DNA of 26,852 nucleotides from a virus (lineage: Duplodnaviria > Heunggongvirae > Uroviricota > Caudoviricetes): positions 1-26,852 of IMG/VR virus record IMGVR_UViG_2778261537_000020; one strand, 5' to 3'. A program made the translations under genes and the position numbers. A model generated the notes under the pieces. The model was not told where the DNA came from and ran no database searches. It saw only the letters and a list, made by a program, of their open reading frames with translations. Shown one piece after another: positions 19,957 through 26,852 of the stretch (position 1 is its first letter; each line of letters starts with the position of its first letter).

Positions 19957-20259
19957 TCATTGTGTTCCCATTGATGTTCTTTTATATACCCTCAGTACCC
20001 GTTTCATCGCGGCACTCTGGCGACACTCCTTAAAAATCAGATTCGTGCTCACCTTTCCTTCCCGTTCTTCTCTGGTAGCGAACCGGTAATACACCGTTCG
20101 CCAGACCTTACCATCAACGACCAGGATTCCTGCCCGCGCCATTTTAGCCGCAGCCTGATTTATGCTGGTTACGGTTGCGCCTGTTACCGCGGCAACGTCC
20201 TGTGCACAGAAGCTCTTATGCGTCCCCAGGTAATGAATAATTGCCTCTTTGCCCGTCAT
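19957..20259 (-). CDS. ren: Ren (Rex-exclusion) protein, lambda-like
   Basis: 100 aa MTGKEAIIHYLGTHKSFCAQDVAAVTGATVTSINQAAAKMARAGILVVDGKVWRTVYYRFATREEREGK...; position immediately after P. Confidence 0.7.
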   Translation of the reverse strand: MTGKEAIIHYLGTHKSFCAQDVAAVTGATVTSINQAAAKMARAGILVVDGKVWRTVYYRFATREEREGKVSTNLIFKECRQSAAMKRVLRVYKRTSMGTQ

Positions 20260-20957
20260 ACACTTGCTCCTTTCAGTCCGAACTTAGCTTTGATTTCTGC
20301 GATCTTCGCCAGAGCCTGTGCACGATTTAGAGGTCTACCGCCCATGACAGGAAGTTGTTTTACTGGTTCAGGTATCGCCTCACCACGGTTAATTCGCGCG
20401 GTCATACAGGACAGTTCATCGGCAGCCTTGCGCCGTAATTCCGCGTCAGTCAACGCATTGGCCCGCATGTTCTGATACAGGTTGGTAACCAGCCAGTAGT
20501 GCGCGTTTGATTTCCACGGATAAGACTCTGCATCCGGATACAGACCACGCTTCCGGCAATACTCGTAAACCATATCAACCAGCTCGCTGACGTTTGGCAG
20601 CCCGGCGGTAACGGATGCTTCTTCCCGGCACCATGCAACAAACTGCCCGGGTGATGGCAGAAATGGTCTATTCTGCCGACGGGCAACACGCATTCCGGCG
20701 CTCACCTGTTCCATCGTGGTGATCCCGTTTTCCCGGAAAGCCAGAACCCACTGGCGGCGGATTTCGTTCAGTTCGTTCTGGTCACGATTAGCCAGGCTCG
20801 CCGGGAAAGTTGCCAGTAACTGGCTGAATACACCGTTGATTATCTGCGCTACCTGCTGTACCTGCGGCTTTTCGTCGTACTGTTCCGGCATGTTGTTGGC
20901 GATCCGACGCATCTGCTCACGGTCAAAGTTAATCATCTGTGCGGCGATGTTTTTCAT
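20256..20957 (-). CDS. P: Replication protein P (DnaB helicase loader)
   Basis: 233 aa MKNIAAQMINFDREQMRRIANNMPEQYDEKPQVQQVAQIINGVFSQLLATF..., near-identical to remembered lambda P. Confidence 0.9.
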   Translation of the reverse strand: MKNIAAQMINFDREQMRRIANNMPEQYDEKPQVQQVAQIINGVFSQLLATFPASLANRDQNELNEIRRQWVLAFRENGITTMEQVSAGMRVARRQNRPFLPSPGQFVAWCREEASVTAGLPNVSELVDMVYEYCRKRGLYPDAESYPWKSNAHYWLVTNLYQNMRANALTDAELRRKAADELSCMTARINRGEAIPEPVKQLPVMGGRPLNRAQALAKIAEIKAKFGLKGASV

Positions 20958-21973
20958 AGATCCACCCCGTAAATCCAGTCTGTGTTTGTCAGGTCGAGTT
21001 TTGGTTTGCTAGCTGTCACGCCTGCCTGTTGCTTGTTACGGTTGATTTCGAGTTGGGTCCACTTGTCGCGGAGTTTGGCCGGACTTAGCACGTTACCGGA
21101 CCAGAAGTTGTCCTGGCATGCCCAGCGGAACAGCACGCACATGTCGCGGTGGTTACGTCCGTCACGTTCACGCATCAGGCGGATATCGTTAGCCCACCCT
21201 GCAAAATTCGGTTTTCTGGCTGATGGCGCGATGGTCTTCACCATGTCAAACATCCACTCTGCGGCGGTCAGGTCTTCTGCTGTCCCCCACTTGCTGCCGC
21301 TCTGAATTGCAGCATCCGGTTTCACCACAGGAAGATCGTTTTCTGGTTGGTCAGAGGATTCGCCAGAATTCTCGGACGAAAAAGGTTTTATATTGTCTTT
21401 TGTTAGTTTGTCTTTTGTGTTTACCTGATTCGGGTAAACGCCTTTACCTGATTTGGGTAAACTTTTTTTACCTGATTCAGGTAAATTTACCTCTTTCAGG
21501 TAAACTTTATTTTTCTTACCTGATTCGGGTAATGTTGACCATTCACTGACCACATTATTAATGCCGGTATTCCGCCCGCTCTGAATAAAAATCCCACGCT
21601 TTACCAGAACACTTTTTGCAGCAGAACACTTGTGCGGCAATATCCCGGTTAATTCGGAAAGTTGCTCGTTGCTAACCCAATCCAGTTTTTTATTAAAGCC
21701 ATATGTTTTGCGCATGACAGCCAGAAAGACCAGAAGCTGGTGCTGTGTTAATCCGGCCAGCATCACAGCTTCCAGCAACTCATTTGCAATGCGCGTATAA
21801 CCATCATCGAGATCTGCCACGCGCGGCTCCTTTTGTGCCGCATCCGGCACTGGAAAATTGAATATCTCAGCAGTGTTTGCCATAATTCCTCCCGCAATGA
21901 GTGTGTTACGATTTGCACCTGAAAGTCGGTTCTGTTCCAGCAGACCGGCTTTCGCCATTTCTGAACCTGTCAT
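20954..21973 (-). CDS. O: Replication initiator O (lambda-O-like C-terminus; divergent iteron-binding N-terminal domain); real start may be the internal Met at ~21883
   Basis: C-terminal ...AGWANDIRLMRERDGRNHRDMCVLFRWACQDNFWSGNVLSPAKLRDKWTQLEINRNKQQAGVTASKPKLDLTNTDWIYGVDL matches lambda O; N-terminal ...VADLDDGY...LTQHQLLVFLAVMRKTYGFNK...; iterons lie inside the gene. Confidence 0.85.
   Translation of the reverse strand: MTGSEMAKAGLLEQNRLSGANRNTLIAGGIMANTAEIFNFPVPDAAQKEPRVADLDDGYTRIANELLEAVMLAGLTQHQLLVFLAVMRKTYGFNKKLDWVSNEQLSELTGILPHKCSAAKSVLVKRGIFIQSGRNTGINNVVSEWSTLPESGKKNKVYLKEVNLPESGKKSLPKSGKGVYPNQVNTKDKLTKDNIKPFSSENSGESSDQPENDLPVVKPDAAIQSGSKWGTAEDLTAAEWMFDMVKTIAPSARKPNFAGWANDIRLMRERDGRNHRDMCVLFRWACQDNFWSGNVLSPAKLRDKWTQLEINRNKQQAGVTASKPKLDLTNTDWIYGVDL
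21421..21534. repeat. ori: Replication-origin iterons: five ~19-bp imperfectly palindromic repeats (consensus ttacctgattcgggtaaac) inside O
   Basis: Copies starting at 21421, 21444, 21468, 21487 and 21516; encode the repeated LPESGKK... peptide of O. Confidence 0.7.
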
Positions 21974-22509
21974 ATCGCCCCCAGCATGGTAGTAACCATC
22001 GCCATCAATGGACCAGCCAGATCTGGGTCCACACGAAACATCGACACAATACCTTCACTAATTTCCTTCAGTTTCTGGTGGCGTGGTGCGTTGAGAATGA
22101 CAGCCTGTTTTGCCTCACTGAGTTCCTTTTCCATTTCAGCCAACCTAGCCATGAAGCTATCCTGCTCAACCAGGTAACCGCGATATTCCAGCGGTAGTAC
22201 CGCCAGAATTGCCGGGGTCAGTTCACGCACGTTATTTCGGTATTTTTCAGAATCGAATTTGTTATCGAGGAAGCGGAACAGCTTCTGGCGTGCACGGCTG
22301 ACATCATCAGGGAAATCGATGGTGCCGCCGCCCTGCTCCCGATACTCATTCACAATGAGTGTGGCAACGACATCCTGATTATCTACAGCCGACCAGGCGC
22401 GGACGGCATCACGGATTTTTTCGTGGCCTGGCACCTGTTTTGTTTGAGAACGATTTATCACCGCAGTCGGGCTAAATCCGCTAGTCTGTTGGTATGTAAG
22501 TGGTTGCAT
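21970..22509 (-). CDS. CII-like/YdaT-like early regulator (hypothetical; family assignment tentative)
   Basis: 179-aa ORF between cro and O in the cII position; stop overlaps the O ORF start (ATGA). Confidence 0.4.
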   Translation of the reverse strand: MQPLTYQQTSGFSPTAVINRSQTKQVPGHEKIRDAVRAWSAVDNQDVVATLIVNEYREQGGGTIDFPDDVSRARQKLFRFLDNKFDSEKYRNNVRELTPAILAVLPLEYRGYLVEQDSFMARLAEMEKELSEAKQAVILNAPRHQKLKEISEGIVSMFRVDPDLAGPLMAMVTTMLGAI

Positions 22510-22578
22510 AATTGACTCCTTTAGTTTGAATTGACTGTTAAGTTGATTGCTTATTGTTAAAGAGCGTGAAATGGAAAT

Positions 22579-22809
22579 TTAAGCTGCGTTCTTTTCGGTG
22601 TGTGGAAACAACTTCGGAAGATCCGGGCGAATCTGGTATGCCTTCACTACTCCACCAGTAGCCGTAACAATGCTGCCGACATGTTCAGGGGATACCTTTG
22701 CTTTGTTGTGAAGCCACTTATAGACGGCCTGCTGTGAAACTTCGCAAGCAGCGCCCAGTTTCTTTTGTGAACCAACGATATTGATCGCTGTTTTGATAGC
22801 TGGGTTCAT
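22579..22809 (-). CDS. cro: Cro-like HTH repressor (YdaS/Cro family)
   Basis: 76 aa; HTH ...GSQKKLGAACEVSQQAVYKW...; divergent from cI; GGAGG RBS. Confidence 0.7.
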   Translation of the reverse strand: MNPAIKTAINIVGSQKKLGAACEVSQQAVYKWLHNKAKVSPEHVGSIVTATGGVVKAYQIRPDLPKLFPHTEKNAA

Positions 22810-22836
22810 AACAACCTCCGTGGTTAATTTGAATCA

Positions 22837-22870
22837 AGATTAAAACTATGGTTGTTTTTAGTCAACAACC
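22837..22870 (-). promoter_or_regulatory. Putative pR (-35 TTGACT, 17-nt spacer, -10 TAATCT on minus strand) overlapping an operator palindrome GGTTGTT-N7-AACAACC
   Basis: Palindrome ggttgtttttagtcaacaacc at 22850-22870; promoter hexamers read from the reverse complement upstream of cro. Confidence 0.4.
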
Positions 22871-22878
22871 ATTTTCGT

Positions 22879-22916
22879 TTGATGGAATAAAACCTTGGTT
22901 GTACATTTGGACTATG
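22879..22916 (+). promoter_or_regulatory. Putative pRM-like promoter giving a leaderless cI mRNA (-35 TTGATG, -10 TACATT, ATG 7 nt downstream)
   Basis: Hexamers at 22879-22884 and 22902-22907 with 17-nt spacing; ATG at 22914 has no obvious Shine-Dalgarno. Confidence 0.3.
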
Positions 22917-23603
22917 AAAACAACACTCTCAGAAAGACTTAAAGAAGCCAGATTAGCGCGAGGCCTTACACAAAAGGCGCTTGGGGATTTGGTCGGGGTT
23001 AGCCAGGCTGCTATTCAGAAAATCGAAACAGGGAAAGCTAATCAAACAACTAAAATCGTGGAGATCGCGAACGCTTTGGGTGTGCGCGCAGAATGGTTAT
23101 CTTCTGGCGTTGGAAATATGTCAGACAGTACAGTGCAACCAATACAATCAACTGTCAGCCATTCCAAATACTTCAAGATTGACGTTCTTGATATAGAAGT
23201 CAGTGCTGGGCCGGGAGTCATCAACCGTGAGTTTGTAGAAGTTCTACGCTCGGTTGAGTACTCGTTTGACGATGCTCGTCACATGTTCGATGGTAGGAAG
23301 GCGGAAAATATCCGCATCATTAACGTGCGTGGTGACAGCATGTCAGGAACGATCGAACCAGGTGATCTGCTGTTCGTTGATATCACAGTTAAATCTTTCG
23401 ACGGTGATGGTATCTATGCGTTTCTGTACGACGACACAGCCCATGTAAAGCGCCTGCAAATGATGAAGGATAAGCTGCTGGTCATCTCTGATAACAAAAG
23501 CTACTCACCGTGGGACCCGATCGAGAAAGACGAGATGAACCGGGTGTTCATCTTCGGTAAGGTTATTGGGAGCATGCCGCAGACATATAGGAAGCATGGG
23601 TAG
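22914..23603 (+). CDS. cI: CI-type prophage repressor (N-terminal HTH, C-terminal LexA/S24-like autocleavage domain)
   Basis: MKTTLSERLKEARLARGLTQKALGDLVGVSQAAIQKIETGK... HTH; C-terminal ...VRGDSMSGTIEPGDLLFVD...VKRL...; track ORF starts 22 codons upstream at 22848. Confidence 0.85.
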   Translation: MKTTLSERLKEARLARGLTQKALGDLVGVSQAAIQKIETGKANQTTKIVEIANALGVRAEWLSSGVGNMSDSTVQPIQSTVSHSKYFKIDVLDIEVSAGPGVINREFVEVLRSVEYSFDDARHMFDGRKAENIRIINVRGDSMSGTIEPGDLLFVDITVKSFDGDGIYAFLYDDTAHVKRLQMMKDKLLVISDNKSYSPWDPIEKDEMNRVFIFGKVIGSMPQTYRKHG

Positions 23604-23724
23604 TACCAATTAAAAATTATCAACTGGGCATTGTGCTCATTCAGTAAAGAACTAATTCCTATCTTTGCTCTAGGTAGTAATATTAAGCCACCGCAATAAT
23701 ATCTTTACCTAACGGCGTAAGAAT

Positions 23725-23751
23725 CCCGGTCACCGTGCCGGGTTTTCTTTT
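23725..23751 (+). terminator. Intrinsic terminator-like hairpin plus T-run downstream of cI
   Basis: cccggtcaccgtgccggg followed by ttttcttttg. Confidence 0.4.
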
Positions 23752-23888
23752 GCCCTCCCCTCATCACACACACCGTTAAAAAAACCACCATAACCTCGCT
23801 TCAGTTATCGCTATGCGATTCAAGTCACAAAATAAATCCATCCTAAATACAACCAGTTATATCTAAAACAACCAATAAAACAACTTTT

Positions 23889-23921
23889 GTTGTTGACGAT
23901 AAAACAACTATAGTTTTAAAT
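23889..23921 (+). promoter_or_regulatory. Putative pL (-35 TTGACG, 17-nt spacer, -10 TTAAAT) overlapping an operator palindrome GTTGTT-N8-AACAAC
   Basis: gttgttgacgataaaacaac at 23889-23908; same architecture and spacer motif (aaaacaac.atagttt) as the putative pR. Confidence 0.4.
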
Positions 23922-24114
23922 AAGTTCATCGCAACAACACAACGATACGGCAACTACCTGATTCACCGTTGCGATGACCGCTTAGATCCGCAGTTTGAAT
24001 TTCAGCAGGCTTCGGGGAGTGCGAGGGGTGAAACGGACGCGTGAACGTCGGTGTGACCAGCTGAAATTAACTCAACATTTCATACCTTAGTCGCTTTAAC
24101 GAGGCGGCTTAGTT

Positions 24115-24405
24115 ATGACAACCGGCGGCCATCCACCGCCTGAATACGCGCAGAAGTCTCTATATGTTCAGCAGCCCAGCTTACGGGCAGGAGTTTTTAT
24201 GGTTCATCAACATTATGGAACGCAGACCGTTAATCGAGGTGCGGTCATGCCAGGAATGCTGGTCAAACACAAAGATGGTACCTGGACTGCATCAGCTAAT
24301 TTACGCGGACGGCTTTATCTGCATCGCGGCATCGAGCGCACTTATACCCGTGATTTGCTCGTGGAAGTTTTTCTCGACGGACGCGGTAACGGCCTGAATC
24401 ACTAA
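24115..24405 (+). CDS. Hypothetical early-left protein in the kil/cIII position (frame uncertain; a 77-aa ORF at 24164..24397 overlaps in another frame)
   Basis: 96-aa ORF immediately upstream of gam; no recognisable family. Confidence 0.3.
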   Translation: MTTGGHPPPEYAQKSLYVQQPSLRAGVFMVHQHYGTQTVNRGAVMPGMLVKHKDGTWTASANLRGRLYLHRGIERTYTRDLLVEVFLDGRGNGLNH

Positions 24406-24480
24406 TCCCCTTTCCTGTTTTCCTAATCAGCCTGGCATTTCGCGGGCGATATTTTCACAGCTATTTTCAGGAGGTCAGCC

Positions 24481-24777
24481 ATGAACGCTTATTACATTCA
24501 GGATCGTCTTGAGGCTCAGAGCTGGGCGCGTCACTACCAGCAGATCGCCCGTGAAGAGAAAGAGGCAGAACTGGCAGACGACATGGAAAAAGGCCTGCCC
24601 CAGCACCTGTTTGAATCGCTATGCATCGATCATTTGCAACGCCACGGGGCCAGCAAAAAAGCCATTACCCGTGCGTTTGATGACGATGTTGAGTTTCAGG
24701 AGCGCATGGCAGAACACATCCAGTACATGGTTGAAACCATTGCTCACCACCAAGTTGATATTGATTCAGAGGTATAA
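24481..24777 (+). CDS. gam: Gam (RecBCD inhibitor), short 98-aa form
   Basis: [60 protein letters not shown]...[10 protein letters not shown] matches lambda Gam; in-frame stop 57 nt upstream of the ATG. Confidence 0.85.
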   Translation: MNAYYIQDRLEAQSWARHYQQIAREEKEAELADDMEKGLPQHLFESLCIDHLQRHGASKKAITRAFDDDVEFQERMAEHIQYMVETIAHHQVDIDSEV

Positions 24778-24782
24778 AACGG

Positions 24783-25568
24783 ATGAGTACAGCACTCGCA
24801 ACGCTGGCAGGGAAGCTGGCTGAACGTGTCGGCATGGATTCTGTCGACCCACAGGAACTGATCACCACTCTTCGCCAGACGGCATTTAAAGGTGATGCCA
24901 GCGATGCGCAGTTCATCGCATTGCTGATCGTCGCCAACCAGTACGGCCTTAATCCGTGGACGAAAGAAATTTACGCCTTCCCTGATAAGCAGAACGGCAT
25001 TGTTCCGGTGGTGGGCGTTGATGGCTGGTCCCGCATCATCAATGAAAACCAGCAGTTTGATGGCATGGACTTTGAGCAGGACAATGAATCCTGTACATGC
25101 CGGATTTACCGCAAGGACCGTAATCATCCGATCTGCGTTACCGAATGGATGGATGAATGCCGCCGCGAACCATTCAAAACCCGCGAAGGCAGAGAAATCA
25201 CGGGGCCGTGGCAGTCGCATCCCAAACGGATGTTACGGCATAAAGCCATGATTCAGTGTGCCCGTCTGGCCTTCGGATTTGCTGGTATCTATGACAAGGA
25301 TGAAGCCGAGCGCATTGTCGAAAATACTGCATACACTGCAGAACGTCAGCCAGAACGCGACATCACTCCGGTTAACAATGAAACCATGCAGGAGATTAAC
25401 ACTCTGCTGATCGCCCTGGATAAAACATGGGATGACGACTTATTGCCGCTCTGTTCCCAGATATTTCGCCGCGACATTCACGCATCGTCAGAACTGACAC
25501 AGGCCGAAGCAGTGAAAGCTCTTGGATTCCTGAAACAGAAAGCCACTGAGCAGAAGGTGGCAGCATGA
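24783..25568 (+). CDS. bet: Bet (Red-beta single-strand annealing recombinase)
   Basis: 261 aa [66 protein letters not shown]..., near-identical to remembered lambda Bet. Confidence 0.95.
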   Translation: MSTALATLAGKLAERVGMDSVDPQELITTLRQTAFKGDASDAQFIALLIVANQYGLNPWTKEIYAFPDKQNGIVPVVGVDGWSRIINENQQFDGMDFEQDNESCTCRIYRKDRNHPICVTEWMDECRREPFKTREGREITGPWQSHPKRMLRHKAMIQCARLAFGFAGIYDKDEAERIVENTAYTAERQPERDITPVNNETMQEINTLLIALDKTWDDDLLPLCSQIFRRDIHASSELTQAEAVKALGFLKQKATEQKVAA

Positions 25569-26245
25569 TACCGGACATTATCCTGCAGCGTACCGGGATC
25601 GACGTGAGAGCTGTCGAACAGGGGGATGATGCATGGCACAAATTACGGCTCGGCGTCATCACCGCTTCAGAAGTTCACAACGTGATAGCAAAGCCCCGCT
25701 CAGGAAAGAAGTGGCCTGACATGAAAATGTCCTACTTCCACACCCTGCTGGCTGAGGTTTGCACCGGTGTGGCTCCGGAAGTTAATGCTAAGGCGCTGGC
25801 CTGGGGAAAACAGTACGAGAACGACGCCAGAACCCTGTTTGAATTCACTTCCGGCGTGAATATTACTGAATCCCCGATCATCTATCGCGACGAAAGTATG
25901 CGCACCGCCTGCTCCCCCGATGGTTTATGCAGTGACGGCAACGGCCTTGAACTGAAATGCCCGTTTACCTCCCGGGATTTCATGAAATTCCGGCTCGGTG
26001 GTTTCGAGGCAATAAAATCGGCTTACATGGCCCAGGTGCAGTACAGCATGTGGGTGACGCGAAAAGATGCCTGGTACTTTGCCAACTATGACCCGCGCAT
26101 GAAGCGTGAAGGCCTGCATTATGTCGTGATTGAGCGGAATGAAAAGTACATGGCGAGTTTTGACGAGATGGTGCCGGAGTTCATCGAAAAAATGGACGAG
26201 GCACTGGCTGAAATTGGTTTTGTATTTGGGGAGCAATGGCGATGA
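25565..26245 (+). CDS. exo: Exo (lambda 5'-3' exonuclease, Red-alpha)
   Basis: 226 aa [64 protein letters not shown]..., near-identical to remembered lambda Exo. Confidence 0.95.
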   Translation: MIPDIILQRTGIDVRAVEQGDDAWHKLRLGVITASEVHNVIAKPRSGKKWPDMKMSYFHTLLAEVCTGVAPEVNAKALAWGKQYENDARTLFEFTSGVNITESPIIYRDESMRTACSPDGLCSDGNGLELKCPFTSRDFMKFRLGGFEAIKSAYMAQVQYSMWVTRKDAWYFANYDPRMKREGLHYVVIERNEKYMASFDEMVPEFIEKMDEALAEIGFVFGEQWR

Positions 26246-26424
26246 CGCATCCTCACGATAATATCCGGGTAGGCGCGATCACTTTCGTCTACTCCGTTAC
26301 AAAGCGAGGCTGGGTATTTCCCGGCCTTTCTGTTATCAGAAATCCACTGAAAGCACAGCGGCTGGCTGAGAAGATAAATAATAAACGGGAGGCGGTATGC
26401 ACAAAGCATCTCCTGTTGAGTTAA
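26236..26424 (+). CDS. Small ORF downstream of exo (lambda orf60a-like)
   Basis: 62-aa [65 protein letters not shown] overlapping the exo stop, as remembered for lambda. Confidence 0.35.
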   Translation: MAMTHPHDNIRVGAITFVYSVTKRGWVFPGLSVIRNPLKAQRLAEKINNKREAVCTKHLLLS

Positions 26425-26852
26425 GAACGAGTATTGAGATGGCACATACCGCCTGTAAAGTGTTGCGTGATCAAATAGGCAAGCATCACAAATGGGTGTT
26501 TGTACATACCAAGGCGGCTAAGCGAGCAGATGGAACATCAACGCCTGCGGTCAGGAAGATGCGCATCGACAGCAAGACATCATGGCTATCAGCTTGTCGT
26601 CGTGCAGGAATTGAAGATTTCCGTTTCCATGACCTCAGACACACCTGGGCAAGCTGGCTGATTCAGTCAGGCGTCCCATTATCAGTGCTTCAGGAAATGG
26701 GCGGATGGGAGTCCATAGAAATGGTTCGTAGGTATGCTCACCTTGCGCCTAATCATTTGACAGAGCATGCGAGGAAAATAGACGACATTTTTGGTGATAA
26801 TGTCCCAAATATGTCCCACTCTGGAATTATGGAGGATATAAAGAAGGCGTAA
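26397..26852 (+). pseudogene. int: Tyrosine integrase, C-terminal catalytic domain only (about 150 of ~390 residues); first ~17 codons resemble lambda orf63, so probably an orf63'-'int deletion fusion
   Basis: ...[47 protein letters not shown]... (R, H-x-x-R and Y catalytic residues); in-frame stop 15 nt upstream of the ATG, so no N-terminal domains in this frame; ORF ends at the window edge. Confidence 0.7.

Noticed and set aside
21421-21534. Regularly spaced short repeats considered as a possible CRISPR array
   Set aside because: Only five ~19-bp imperfectly palindromic repeats with ~4-10 bp spacers, located inside O and encoding a repeated peptide; this is the iteron pattern of a lambdoid origin, not repeat-spacer architecture, and no cas genes are present.
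1-26852. Search by eye for tRNA, rRNA, IS transposases and integron features
   Set aside because: None recognised. Small RNA genes cannot be excluded without a covariance-model scan; the integrase 3' end at the window edge suggests an attachment-site tRNA may lie just outside the window.

Overview
This 26.9 kb window is almost entirely a lambdoid (lambda/DLP12-like) cryptic prophage in an enterobacterial, Escherichia-type genome, drawn in reverse orientation relative to the standard lambda map. All protein identities below are from reading the supplied translations against remembered lambda, phage 21 and E. coli K-12 DLP12 proteins; no database search was run. Left to right: a tail-fibre region (tfa fragment, frameshifted SAM-methyltransferase, AT-rich island with a small serine recombinase, tfa, a macro-domain ORF, a 5'-truncated stf); tape-measure H directly abutting a truncated terminase A; Nu1 and an intact cos site; bor; a phage-21-type lysis cassette (Rz/Rz1, SAR endolysin, pinholin); an intact NmpC/Lc-type porin; Q; a nin region (ylcG, rusA, ybcO, ninE, ybcN) with low-GC cargo (AraC regulator, PEBP protein, large serine recombinase, emrE); ren, P, O with ori iterons; a CII/YdaT-like gene, cro and divergent cI; then a pL-side operon (unknown ORF, short gam, bet, exo, orf60a-like) ending in an N-terminally truncated integrase at the window edge. 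The prophage looks grounded by at least three deletion scars (A'/H, H/stf, orf63'/int). The most unusual element is a 300-aa macro-domain ORF translationally coupled between stf and tfa. Secondary candidates are the serine-recombinase island with a palindromic site upstream and the retained cos/Nu1 packaging signal. No rRNA or CRISPR array was seen, and no tRNA or IS transposase was recognised by eye.
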